Notes: generated by a model not told the origin, from the letters alone. 63,215 nt of DNA, filler included, from Octopus bimaculoides (GCF_001194135.2; 7 parts of 7 records of this genome joined end to end with filler, not necessarily neighbours in it), one strand, 5' to 3'. Counted from the whole stretch's first letter, positions 50,095 to 61,845 are shown. Numbers and translations: made by a program.

Positions 50095-50278
50095 ACATGT
50101 TTCACTCACTGAGTTGCAACCATGCTGGGGCACTACCTTGACGGGTTTATCTGAGCGAGTCAGCCCCAGAATTTACTTTCCTAAACATTTGTACTTCTAT
50201 CGTTCTCTTTCTCAACCTTCTAAGTTACGGGGATGTAAAGAAACCATTACATGTTGTCAAGCAGTGATGGAGGACAAA

Positions 50279-50285
<7 letters not shown>
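50095..50285 (-). mobile_element. SINE family A, degenerate 3' half
   Basis: CCATGCTGGGGCACT...CTAAGTTACGGGGATGTAAA...GTTGTCAAGCAGTGATGG. Confidence 0.7.
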
Positions 50286-50320
<35 letters not shown>

Positions 50321-50429
50321 TGCGCGCGCNNNNNNNNNNNNNNNNNNNNNNNNNNNNNNNNNNNNNNNNNNNNTTAATTAATTAANNNNNNNNNNNNNNN
50401 NNNNNNNNNNNNNNNNNNNNNNNNNNNNN

Positions 50430-50476
50430 TGACCGCGAGTCTGCTGCCCTAACTACTGGGCCATTGCGCCTCCACA
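50430..50476 (-). mobile_element. tRNA-derived SINE head truncated by an assembly join
   Basis: The minus strand reads GGAGGCGCAATGGCCCAGTAGTTAGGGCAGCAGACTCGCGGTC (tRNA 5'-half-like, with A box). Confidence 0.6.
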
Positions 50477-50629
50477 CAATTGTGTATATGAGTCTGAAAA
50501 TTCATTACCCAAACTATGCTTTCAGTGCTAAACCTATTGCTGGAGCGACAAAATACTTGACAGTAGATCAAAATCAAACTGAACATAAATGTATCCAGAA
50601 ACATAATCAACTCCGTGCTCCAATCATGA

Positions 50630-50905
50630 ATTAGTGAGTTCGACTCTTGGACCAGGCTGTGTGCTGTTCTTGAGCAGGACACTTTATTTCACATAGCCCC
50701 TGTTCACCCAGTTGTAGAAATGAGTTGTGACATCACTGGTGCCAAGCTGTATCGGCATTTGCCTTTCTTTTGGATAATATCGGTGGCTTGGAGAGGGGAT
50801 GCCGGTAAGTATGGGCAACTCCTGATCTTCCATAAACAACCTTGCCCAGAGGGTAACTTTCTAGGTGCAATCCCATGGTTATCTATGACCGAAGGGGGTC
50901 CTCAT
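50630..50905 (+). mobile_element. SINE of the family C group, different 3' body
   Basis: GTTCGACTC...GTGCTGTTCTTGAGCAGGACACTTTATTTCAC...CCCAGTTGTAGAAATGAG shares its central segment with 53189-53445. Confidence 0.6.
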
Positions 50906-51100
50906 AGATGATTCCAATAGCTAAGAAGATATAAATGCAGAAGACCTTAGGATACAAAGAAGGAATAGGCAAGAAAGCGTTGAAAAAGTAACACAAAAAA
51001 ACGGGCTAAGAATGAATATATGCATCATTATACATTATTACCTGTACATACATACACGTTTAGATAATGTGTCTATAGGTTTGTGTTGGCGTATCTGTAA

Positions 51101-51140
<40 letters not shown>

Positions 51141-52169
51141 NNNNNNNNNNNNNNNNNNNNNNNNNNNNNNNNNNNNNNNNNNNNNNNNNNNNNNNNNNNN
51201 NNNNNNNNNNNNNNNNNNNNNNNNNNNNNNNNNNNNNNNNNNNNNNNNNNNNNNNNNNNNNNNNNNNNNNNNNNNNNNNNNNNNNNNNNNNNNNNNNNNN
51301 NNNNNNNNNNNNNNNNNNNNNNNNNNNNNNNNNNNNNNNNNNNNNNNNNNNNNNNNNNNNNNNNNNNNNNNNNNNNNNNNNNNNNNNNNNNNNNNNNNNN
51401 NNNNNNNNNNNNNNNNNNNNNNNNNNNNNNNNNNNNNNNNNNNNNNNNNNNNNNNNNNNNNNNNNNNNNNNNNNNNNNNNNNNNNNNNNNNNNNNNNNNN
51501 NNNNNNNNNNNNNNNNNNNNNNNNNNNNNNNNNNNNNNNNNNNNNNNNNNNNNNNNNNNNNNNNNNNNNNNNNNNNNNNNNNNNNNNNNNNNNNNNNNNN
51601 NNNNNNNNNNNNNNNNNNNNNNNNNNNNNNNNNNNNNNNNNNNNNNNNNNNNNNNNNNNNNNNNNNNNNNNNNNNNNNNNNNNNNNNNNNNNNNNNNNNN
51701 NNNNNNNNNNNNNNNNNNNNNNNNNNNNNNNNNNNNNNNNNNNNNNNNNNNNNNNNNNNNNNNNNNNNNNNNNNNNNNNNNNNNNNNNNNNNNNNNNNNN
51801 NNNNNNNNNNNNNNNNNNNNNNNNNNNNNNNNNNNNNNNNNNNNNNNNNNNNNNNNNNNNNNNNNNNNNNNNNNNNNNNNNNNNNNNNNNNNNNNNNNNN
51901 NNNNNNNNNNNNNNNNNNNNNNNNNNNNNNNNNNNNNNNNNNNNNNNNNNNNNNNNNNNNNNNNNNNNNNNNNNNNNNNNNNNNNNNNNNNNNNNNNNNN
52001 NNNNNNNNNNNNNNNNNNNNNNNNNNNNNNNNNNNNNNNNNNNNNNNNNNNNNNNNNNNNNNNNNNNNNNNNNNNNNNNNNNNNNNNNNNNNCATTTTTC
52101 AATTCCACTCTTTTCATTCGTTTTCTTTCCCCCCCCCCACTTTGTCCTTGTTTGTCCCCTCTATGTTAG

Positions 52170-52570
52170 GCCAAATAAAGAAATCGAGCGTTTTGGTAGT
52201 CTGGCGAAGTACGTCGTGTGAACACATTGATTAAACCATCGCTCCATAATTTATCTATACCAACCCGTGGGAGGATATAAAACAACCTATCTGTATATAT
52301 TTTGATCGAGTTGGTCCCTTGCTGCAGATACAGAGTTTCAGCCGTAAGTACACAGGATCTTCAGGCAAGTTAATTAGTCTGAAGGTCCAGTGTACCTACT
52401 GACGAAACATAGAGTAGGAAGAGGATTCGAACAAAATAGAATATATTATTAATCTCTTCTAAGGTATTGAGTACTCTTTCTTCCGACAGCTCTCACTAAA
52501 CGAATATGCCTATATTTATGTGGCTACGCCCGAAACGTCATACACTCTCTCTTTCCTTTCCTGAGCGTCC
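52170..52570 (+). mobile_element. Probable PLE terminal-repeat remnant
   Basis: Contains CTGACGA (52409-52415) and a GCC...GGC..CCGAAACGTCA motif (52508-52540) followed by a pyrimidine tract, similar to PLE ends. No ORF recognised. Confidence 0.35.
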
Positions 52571-52670
52571 NNNNNNNNNNNNNNNNNNNNNNNNNNNNNN
52601 NNNNNNNNNNNNNNTTAATTAATTAANNNNNNNNNNNNNNNNNNNNNNNNNNNNNNNNNNNNNNNNNNNN

Positions 52671-52704
<34 letters not shown>

Positions 52705-52707
<3 letters not shown>

Positions 52708-52952
52708 CTTTGTTATTACGGAAAGAGTTCGAAAAACTATCCAAGTACAATGACCTTAAAATGGAAATATGCAGGAAGCAGGCACGAAAGTTAGAACAGT
52801 GCCAATAATAATTGGAGAATTAGATATGATAAAAGAGAACATTAACACAAACACAAACACAAACGCCATTGTAGAGCTCATAAATCTGCATGCAGTCTAA
52901 AATAATAACCTTGCTAGACGCAGCTCACTTCCTACGCAAGGTATTTTGAATT
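52705..52952 (+). mobile_element. Third R4/Dong-type RLE extreme C-terminal fragment
   Basis: EFEKLSKYNDLKMEIC..VRTVPIIIGELDMIK..ITLLDAAHFLRKVF* resembles the EK..KY.DL..EI...VP.IIGALG...LLGTAHILRKVL ending of RLE elements. Confidence 0.65.
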
Positions 52953-53188
52953 CAATTGCTCAACTCACACAGAACATACTCTACACAAACGCAATCCAAT
53001 AAAAGCAACACAAACACTAACGCACACTCAACACAACCATTACAATATAACACATTCTGCAGAATCGCTACAATATAACACGACCCACACTGTATATACT
53101 CTACGCAGTCAACATCAAATGAAACAACACCCATAACACACACTCTACACAATCACAACGATAGATTACTACCGACACAACACATCTG

Positions 53189-53445
53189 AAGGTGCGTGGC
53201 CTAATGGTTAGAGTGTTGTCCTCACAATCGCAAGATCGTGATTTCGATTCCCAGATCGTGCAATGTGTTGTGTTCTTGAACAAAATACGTAATTTCACCA
53301 GTCGTTGATTCAGTCCACACAGCTGTAAATGGGACGGGTAACCCTTCAACGGACCGAGCGTCCCGTTCAAGAGAGATGTTGTGATCTCAATTCCTTTACG
53401 TCATGGAAACCGGGTTATCGGCCCTGTGAATCGTAGGATTTGAGA
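53189..53445 (+). mobile_element. tRNA-headed SINE, family C (central-domain type, CORE/V/Meta-like)
   Basis: Head GGTGCGTGGCCTAATGGTTAG...TTTCGATTCCC, then TGTGTTCTTGAACAAAATAC..TTTCAC...CAGCTGTAAATGGG. Related heads or central segments lie at 50630-50905, 56290-56375 and 50430-50476. Confidence 0.65.
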
Positions 53446-54999
53446 CAGTAATGTACTTACGCAACACATATTCTACACAATTATCATCCAGTTTTAAAAG
53501 ACATAACACGGCACACACGAAACATACGCCAGCCGACAAAATAACATGATTCACAATTCCACAACAGACAAACGAAGCAACGAAGTAGCACTAGAAACAA
53601 CCAAACAACTCTCACAACAATGCAAAACTGAGTCGACATAAAGACCCAATTCTACATCCCTCACCACCACACAAAGAAAATGTTGTACACACACATCTCG
53701 GAAATAAGGAGATGCACTCGAATAAAAGATGCTGAGAACGTACTGCTACTACTACTACTACTACTAATAATAATAATAATAATTTCTTACATAGACACAA
53801 TGTAACAAAGTTTTGGAAAAGAAGAAGTAGATTTTATCGAACACCCAATATTTGATTGGTAGTTAGTATATATTAGAATTCGGAATCGTAAGGTAACCTG
53901 TCCGATACTCTAATGATTCTGCTAACTCGATGTGTCTAGCATCTCACCGATTTGAAGATATAAAAACATCTCTCGAAATAATACTTTTATTTTACTAGGA
54001 TACATACATACAACCATCATTGTACTAGCTACGGCGGTACATATTCTAAAATTGGAACCATACAACCATCATCACCAATAGAAAAAAGAAATCAATTGAC
54101 GGACAAAAGTTATAAATTTAAACGCTGTCTACAGTTACTTTCAGGCAATTATAAATACTTATATAAAATACAGGCGCCCAGTGTAATTATATTGGAAATA
54201 ACTAGACCCATAAACATCTTACACCGAGCAATTAATAGTTGATGAAGAAAAAAAAAAAGAATTCATTCATACATAGTAACAGACGACATTGGTTAACGAA
54301 GTTAACCAATGAAATCGAGGCTATATAGATACTTCCATAGATATTTTAGTAATACTAATAACAAAGGAAATGATGGTAGAGTTGTTAATAAAATTGATGT
54401 CGGTAGTGTTAATAAAAAAAAGTATTATTAAGACTACCATTAAACTTAATAATAATGTCAGTACTGCACGTATTACTGGTACCAGCAATTGTGATATTCT
54501 GCTGTGTCATGTTTTATTAGAAGCAAGAGGTCTCGCTTTTTTTTTGTTACTACAGTTCAGCCATATTTCGCAAAGACTGAATAGCAAGTTGGTAATGTAT
54601 GTATCACGTGCCATCGACTGCTCAAGATCTTACCCAGAATAAGTTAAAGCTAACTCCGACTAATAGCAAGCAGACAGTCTTCTAGGAAATCTCCTCTTGA
54701 ATAACCAACGTTTGTTAACAGACACCGATAAACAATGTACAAGGGGAAAAAAATAATAGCAAAATAAAAATCTGAACATTTCAATACCCAATGACATAGG
54801 CAAGGTAACCGATTTCTATGAGTTTGCGCATTATTCATACAAGAAAATGATGCGGGTTAAATAAATAATGTAACGTTACAAAAAGACAGAACCCACCAAC
54901 ATAGACTAATAGAAGGGTTAATTAAAGTATACAATAGATATTCTACGAAGCAAAGTAAATGAAATAAACCAGATGGCAGTGAATAAGACTTCCAAAAAC

Positions 55000-55205
55000 A
55001 GACTCGTTAAGCGGGTCAGACAAACATATTTAGCGGTATTTCTTCCGGCTCTTTACGTTTTGGGTTCAAATTCCGCCGAAGTCGACTACATATTTCATCT
55101 TTACAGAATCGATAAAATAAAACACCAGCCAAGTACTGGGGGTCGATGCTATCGACTAGCACCCATACCCAACAAAATTTCAGGCCTCGTGGTTATAGTA
55201 GAAAC
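55000..55205 (+). mobile_element. SINE family B, degenerate
   Basis: TTAGCGGTATTTC..C...TTTACGTTTTGGGTTCAAATTCCGCCGAAGTCGAC...ACTGGGGGTCGATG. Confidence 0.75.
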
Positions 55206-55609
55206 AATTATAGGCTCATCTGAAATCGTCTGTCTCCATCTTCGGAGCAGACGAAAGAAATTAGCATCTAGCTACTTATAAAAAAATGTATTAACCGTAA
55301 TGCCTACCACTTCATAAGATTATAGAGATGACTAAAGTGTAAATATTTACTCATTAGTAGTTATAGGTGTTCATGTCAACAATTAAAATGTATCCTCTTC
55401 GCTGCTGAACTTCTATTTTAATGACTTCCGCTTGTCATTAATGCCACTTGGAATATAAATCACATAGATTGTTATCTTGATTCTCGTATAGAGCTTACTG
55501 GATATTTCACACACATACAGGTACACGTATGCATACACGTGCACACACATACACATGCACACCTAGGTATGTTGAATCATATGCGAATACCAGCATATAT
55601 GCATATCTA

Positions 55610-56375
55610 CGTCAAACAAGCTAACGAGAGAGCCTCCAAAGAGTCTTACGACCTGCTAGAAATAGCAGCTAAATCTACTTCAAATTATATCACACCATAT
55701 TACGATGGGTAATATAATCATGATAATACTATACATACGGGATAATATAATCTATAATCATAGGTATGCTATATTTGAATATGAGATGGCATGGTCTCGA
55801 TTGGAACGTCTTTGATCATAATCCTGAGCTGATCAAGGGCTGGGGCTATCTGAGCTGACCTAGGGCTATACAACGGCAATAACATTGGACAGTGTAGTTC
55901 CAGATATATCATGTCCGAATAAAAACGGTGCGACCGTCACGGCTGAGATGTCTTTTCCATCAAGGCTGATCTGGAAGTGAAACCTAAGGATTTTAATACT
56001 GGACAATGTAGTCTTAGACGGCCCACGTCTGAATAAACCGATGCGATGGTCACGCTTGGAACAATTTTGATCCATACGATAGATCAATCAGCATTGCCAC
56101 GGAGCTAAATACCACCAACAATAACGTGTTTACGTCGAACGTGTCGTCGTTCGATTTGCTAGAAATAACATCCAAATCTTTTTCAGACCATATCTTATGA
56201 GTGTAACGATAAGGCGGGTTGGTCACAACGAGAAAGCCTTTGATAATAGGTCTGCTCGATCAAAACTAGCCGAGTGGACAGGGGCAGCGTGAATTGAAGT
56301 GTTCGCCCAGTTTGAGAATTGAAACCACGATGTTGCAATCGTGTGTGTAGCGCTCTAACAACTAGGGTACACGCC
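55610..56375 (-). mobile_element. Three same-strand, decayed copies of one SINE/interspersed repeat (55610-55850, 55935-56095, 56140-56375)
   Basis: Shared GCTAGAAATA.CA.C.AAATC and GATGGTCACG..TGGAA...TTTGATCATA motifs. The third copy carries a tRNA-like head. Further relatives lie at 39230-39445 (-) and 44115-44235 (+). Confidence 0.6.
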
Positions 56376-56404
56376 CTCATACGTATGAATAAATACAGAC
56401 ATAT

Positions 56405-56474
<70 letters not shown>

Positions 56475-56505
56475 ACACACACGTATGCGCACATGCAGGA
56501 ACGCA

Positions 56506-56553
56506 CACACACGCACACGTTCACACACGCACACGTTCACACACGCACACGTT
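56506..56553 (+). repeat. Perfect 16-bp unit x3 inside a (CA)n tract
   Basis: CACACACGCACACGTT three times, exactly. Confidence 0.9.
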
Positions 56554-57112
56554 CACACACACATACGTAGCAATTAAAAGCTGCCCACAAAACCCTTATG
56601 CTTGAAATCGAGACCTAATTTCACAGCAAGACTAAATTGCTTATGAACATATAGTAGCTCAGTGTGAATATTTATTCGAAACGTTTCGCACGTCACATTC
56701 GCAGTATTTTCCCAGTCGAAGGCGGTGCATTTTTATTGGTTTAAACTGCGATGGTTAAAACAACTAAAAAAAATCTATTCTGGAGATTTAAGAAGAAGAA
56801 AAAAGGGCTGGGGAAATGCTGTTGTTACTTTAGGGGGCCTAATCGTAATTAAAGTAGGGTCTGGAAAGAATTAGCTAAGGTTTATTACCTAGAATGTTAT
56901 AATGTTTGTGCGTGAATGAGCGTAGATGGAGAGGGAAGAAAAGGGAGATAAACATAAAACTTGGCCGCGTTACGTAGGCAGACATGCTGAAAGATTGATT
57001 GGGGAACAGATGTATTGACAGAGCGGCAGGCAGATAGACAGACAAATAGACACACACACACACACACACAGATAGATAGATAGATAGAGAGAGAGAGAGN
57101 NNNNNNNNNNNN

Positions 57113-57148
<36 letters not shown>

Positions 57149-57268
57149 CAGACAACTAGACATCGAGATAAAATTACACGAATATGTGTGTTCCGTACTT
57201 ATAAATACAAATGACTATGCATCAACGAATATGTTTTTATTCTTCCAGTCCCTTCTTACATAAACAGT

Positions 57269-57308
<40 letters not shown>

Positions 57309-57769
57309 TAAGTTGTTATGTAAAAATAAATATCGTATAGGAGTTGCCTTTACGACAAAAACATTTAGCGATAGCTTGTTTCTCATTTTAGCCACATCCC
57401 TTCCTAAAGCTTGGGTTTCTGCCTCAAAGAGTTACATCATCCTTGAAGAGGTGCCACATAGTTCGTTCGTGGCCAACATGTAAACTCGTCCTGCACTAAA
57501 GTACATGCAGCACACCCGTCTGAGGCAGAGCCTACCCCTAAATCTATCTCTTACACAAATTACGTATATATTTGAGACAGATGTGTGAAAAAAAAAAGAA
57601 AGGAAAAGAAAAATGGAGATAAAGTCATTTATCTGATCAGCCAGGCATGGAGAAAGAGGTTTAGATAGTGAAGAAAATATTGCAATCTTAGAAAGTGTTG
57701 TCTCTGTATCTTAAACGATAAGACGTTAAATATTGGTGTGTACTTTAAAAAAAAATTTATCGTTTATCT

Positions 57770-57945
57770 TTATGTCTTTATTTGTTTCAGCCATTGGATT
57801 GCGGCCATGCTGGGGTTCCGCCTTAAAGGGTTTAGTCGAACAAATTGCTCCTAGTAACTATTTTGGGAGAGGGGGCTGGTACATATTGTATCAGTTTCTT
57901 TTGCCTAGCCGCTAAGTTACAGGGACGTAGACAAACAAATAAGTA
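57770..57945 (-). mobile_element. SINE family A, 3' half
   Basis: TTGTTTCAGCCATTGGATTGCGGCCATGCTGGGG...GCCGCTAAGTTACAGGGACGTA. Confidence 0.75.
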
Positions 57946-58038
57946 GCAGTTGAGCACTGGGGATCGATGTAGTCGACAAACCGGCTTGTCCCCTATCCCG
58001 AAATTGCTGGCCTTGTAACAAAAATTAAAACTAATATT
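57945..58038 (+). mobile_element. SINE family B, 3' fragment abutting an opposite-strand family A piece
   Basis: CAGTTGAGCACTGGGGATCGATGTAGTCGAC...CCGAAATTGCTGGCCTTGT. Confidence 0.7.
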
Positions 58039-58260
58039 TTAATCGACCGTTGTCTGTTCCTTTTTTTTTTTTTTGGCACGGGAGGGGATAAGTCAGTTCA
58101 TTGACCNNNNNNNNNNNNNNNNNNNNNNNNNNNNNNNNNNNNNNNNNNNNTTAATTAATTAANNNNNNNNNNNNNNNNNNNNNNNNNNNNNNNNNNNNNN
58201 NNNNNNTTGTAGTACAATGTGACTATTTCGAAGAAGATAATGTTAAAACTTAGGTTATTG

Positions 58261-58555
58261 ATATGGTTTGCAGCAGGCAAACCATATTTTAGAATACTAA
58301 AAATGAACCCGACAGCTCTCAGAAATTAAGTAAAAATGGATGGAAAATAATCCAGAACCCTTGTGCAGTACTGGATCGATCCCCATATCTAATCAGTTCA
58401 TCAGTTAGTGCCAGTCACGAGGCCAAACATCCCTGAAAGTTTCATCCGAATTCATCCTGCGGTTCTTGAGATATCTTATCTACGGACAAACAAACAAACA
58501 AACAAACACCACTGAAAACAATACCTCTGCCTTCGCTAAGGCGGGGGTAATAATA
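58261..58555 (-). mobile_element. Helentron/DINE-1-like non-autonomous rolling-circle element
   Basis: The minus strand starts TATTATTACCCCCGCCTTAGCGAAGGCAGAGGTATTGTTTTC, then a (GTTT)n microsatellite and ...GATATCTCAAGAACCGC.GGATGAATTCGGATGAAACTTTCAGGG. This is the typical layout of such elements. A perfect 11-bp hairpin, ATATGGTTTGC-AGCAG-GCAAACCATAT, lies at 58261-58287. Confidence 0.6.
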
Positions 58556-59952
58556 GGGGATTTTAGTATACGGCAAAATCAAGAAAAGTGAAATGGAAGA
58601 AAGATTTAGCCGAGAATATCTCAGAAGAACCAAGTTAATTATGGGAAATAGATTCAATGGAACGAACAAAAAAAGAGCAATGATCACATGGGTTACTTCG
58701 TTAATCCGATACGGCGCAAGTGTTGTTTGATGGACAAAAGGACGAGTTTGAGGAAACGGTTAGGAAAACTAGAAAAAGTGATGACAATTAACAAGGAACT
58801 ACACACCAGAAGCAATACTGACAGACTGTATGTACCTAGAAACAGAAGTGGAAGAAGTCTCATTGGATGCAAGATATGTGTTGTCAACGAAAAGAACAGT
58901 CTAGGATGGTACATCAAACAGCAGAGTGAATCCTTGCTTGCCGCTGTTAGAATTAACAATACAATACCTACCGAAAATGTGATGCACCCACAAACATTTA
59001 AGAAACAAGATGAAGAAGAAAGAGTACACAACAGGAAAATGAAACCACTGCATAGGTAATACTTCAAAGAAACCGAAGGAAAAGACAAGATCAACATTTG
59101 GACATGGCTTAGAAAACGTTATCTGAAAGGATGCACTGAGGCATTGATATGCAGCGCCAAGCAAGAAGCTCTGAGAACTAATTGCACTAAATTCCAAATA
59201 GATAAGAGTAGCGAATCACCATTTTGTAGGATGTGTGGTAGAAGAAACGAAACAATCTCATATATTGTGAGTGAATGTAGCAAGCTGACTCAAAAAGAAT
59301 ACAAAAAAGAAGCAATGATAATGTGGCTAAGCTCGTCCACTGGAGGCTATGTGAAAAGTACAGCCTGAACAGAGCACGGAAATGGTACGAAGATGAACCA
59401 GAAGGTATCACTGAGAACAATAGACATGAGATACTGAAGTATTTTACAATGCAATGTGACTCCCTAATTGAGGGTCGTAGACCAGATATTGTAGCGATAG
59501 ATAAAGGAAAAAAGGAAACCAAGATTAGAGATATTGCAATATCTGGAGATGCACACATAAGTGACAAAGAACTAGAAAAGATTGAAAAGTACAGACTACT
59601 AAAAGACGAAATTGCAAGAACGTGGACTATGAGTAGAGTGTCTGTCATTCCAGTAGTTGTAGGGGATCTCGGAGCACCAGCAACCAAGTTCGAGAAATAT
59701 GTCCAAGAAATCGGAATTGACATGGGAGCAGAGCAAGCCCAAAACACTGCTCTGCTGGGGACAGCTAGGATTTTGACATTGGTACTTGGATGTTGGATGT
59801 CTCCCACGATAATTAACAACCAAAGCTTACAATGTGCGGAAAGAGACCCCGTGAGACCCCCGATAGCAGGCTACTGTCTGCTCTCACAGAATCTACCAGA
59901 ACAAACAAGACCGAACGTTCTGAGAAGTAAAACAACAACAACAACAACAATA
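58556..59952 (+). mobile_element. R4/Dong-type non-LTR retrotransposon, 5'-truncated: RT C-terminal region, zinc knuckle and restriction-like endonuclease (RLE)
   Basis: EYLRRTKLIM..FNGTNKKRAMITWVTSLIRYGA; RKTRKVMTINKELHTRSNTDRLYVPR..SG; TEALICSAKQEALRTN; CRMC..ETISYIVSEC (CCHC with H changed to Y); frameshifted (R)HDNVA; RRPDIVAIDK..IRDIAISGD..EKIEKY (PD..D..K nuclease); VIPVVVGDLG; ALLGTARIL. Ends in an (ACA)n-ATAA tail. Confidence 0.9.
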
Positions 59953-59969
59953 AAGACGCCACGACAAAA

Positions 59970-60293
59970 TAGCTAGGCAACAAATACGGACTTGACAGAA
60001 CGAAAAAATTGGTACGACCACAAACCTGAAGGCATCGTCGAAAATAGAAATGAAAAGATCCTGTGGGATTTTATGATTCTGTGCGACCATAAGATATAGA
60101 GAATAGGAAGCCAGACATAGTCTTAATTGAGAACGAAAACAAACTATGCTGGATCATAGATATAGCATGCCCAGCTGACAAAAAGGTATGTGATGAGGAA
60201 GAAAGAAAAGTCGAGAGATATGACAGGTTAGCTTGGGAAGTTAAGTAGTTGTGGTCGATGAAAAAGGTAGCAGTAGTACCAATAATTGTCGGA
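59970..60293 (+). mobile_element. Second, divergent R4/Dong-type RLE fragment
   Basis: KYGLD..KWYDHKPEGIVEN.NEKILWDFMI.CDH.I.NRKPDIVLIE..NKLCWIIDIACPAD..V..EE.KVERYDRLAWEV.*LWSM.KV.VVPIIVG, read across frameshifts. Homologous to 59350-59670 but clearly a different subfamily. Confidence 0.85.
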
Positions 60294-60587
60294 TAGATTT
60301 TAAATACGTAGCTGGAGCGCTTGGGCTTCTAGTTAGCATTTAACTACAGGCATTCTAAGTGACAATCTGGACAGGCTAAGGTTTCCAGCAAAAAGAAATC
60401 AATCAAATGACTTGCTCATTACAAATACAATCTGTAAGTGGAACACGAAAAGTCTGCAAGGCTTTTACGAAATTCAAAATATGAAGTTGTTTCTGGTATC
60501 TCCATTCCAACGATGGAGTTTCGTATCTTTGTTAGAAACCAGATTCTTCCTCGGAGGAAGATTACAAATCGCTAAAAACAGAAAAGA

Positions 60588-60735
60588 ACATACATACATA
60601 CATACGTACATACATACATACATATATACATCTGTACGTACATAAATCTATACATACGTCAATAGATACATACACACATACACAGACAAACGTATATCAA
60701 TACAAAATGTAGGCATGTATACATACATACATTCA

Positions 60736-60769
<34 letters not shown>

Positions 60770-60844
60770 CGTACATACGTACATACATATATATATACAT
60801 ACATATATACATCTGTACGTACATAAATCTATACATACGTCAAT
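60588..60844. repeat. (CATA)n tract containing a direct repeat of 43 bp or more (60621-60663 and 60802-60844)
   Basis: CATATATACATCTGTACGTACATAAATCTATACATACGTCAAT occurs twice, 181 bp apart. The second copy runs into a join. Confidence 0.85.
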
Positions 60845-61049
60845 NNNNNNNNNNNNNNNNNNNNNNNNNNNNNNNNNNNNNNNNNNNNTTAATTAATTAA
60901 NNNNNNNNNNNNNNNNNNNNNNNNNNNNNNNNNNNNNNNNNNNNGTTGATATAAACTTTTGAATGCTGGTGTTGAATATCTTATACATTAATTTTGGAAA
61001 ATTTATAATAACGCACTTAGAAGCATTCAAAGATACTCTCTCTGTCTCT

Positions 61050-61402
61050 CTACTCTTTTACTTGTTTCAGTCATTTGACTGTGGCCACGCTGGAGCACCG
61101 CCTTTAGTCGAGCAAGTTGACCCCAGGACTTATTCTATCGGTCTCTTTTGCCGAACCGCTAAGTTACGGGGACCTAAATACACCAGCATCGGTTGTCAAG
61201 CGATGTTGGGGGGGACAAACACAGACACACAAACATACATATATACAACGGGCTTCTTTCAGTTTCCGTCCACCAAATCCACTCACAAGGCACTGGTCGG
61301 CCCGAGGGCATAGAAGACACTCGCCCAAGGTGCCATGCAGTGGGACTGAACCTGGAACCATGTGGTTCATAAGCAAGCTACTTACCACACAGCCACGCCT
61401 AC
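61050..61402 (-). mobile_element. SINE family A, near full-length
   Basis: Collinear reverse-complement match including the head ...CTTACCACACAGCCACGCCT. Confidence 0.9.
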
Positions 61403-61574
61403 ACCTATACGTATATTTAGCAAATGAATTTTAAGTCACTGCCCTCACAGAAGTCCAAACTGTCTGTTGTGATGTTGTGATGGCAGCTCCACTTCATTAA
61501 TTAGTTTTTCATTTCATGGCTGAGTATACTGGCTCAAGAGTAATTAAATGGGGCACTTGGTTAGTTATCTTTAT

Positions 61575-61845
61575 ATTTCACTTCTTTCAGTCATCACACT
61601 GTGGCCATACTGGGGCACTGCCTTGACGAATTTTAATCGAATTAATCAACCCCAGTAATTATTCCATCAATCACTTATGCTGAACATTCAAGTTACAGGG
61701 ATCAACGGTTGCCAAGCAATGGTGGGGAACAAATATATACACACAATATATATATAAATGACAAGCTTCTTTCAGTTTCCAACAACACATCCACTCACAG
61801 GGTTTTGGTCAGCCCGAGGTTATCGTAGAAGACACTTGCCCAAGA
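61575..61845 (-). mobile_element. SINE family A, degenerate, 5'-truncated
   Basis: Both body halves are recognisable (CAGTCAT..CTGTGGCCATACTGGGGCAC; CCACTCACAGGGTTTTGGTCAGCCCGAGG). Confidence 0.7.

Noticed and set aside
57430-57540. Minus-strand peptide DEFTCWPRT resembling the secretin-family GPCR hormone-binding D..CWP.T motif
   Set aside because: The other conserved Cys/Trp/Gly positions are absent, splice sites are poor and the frame closes quickly.
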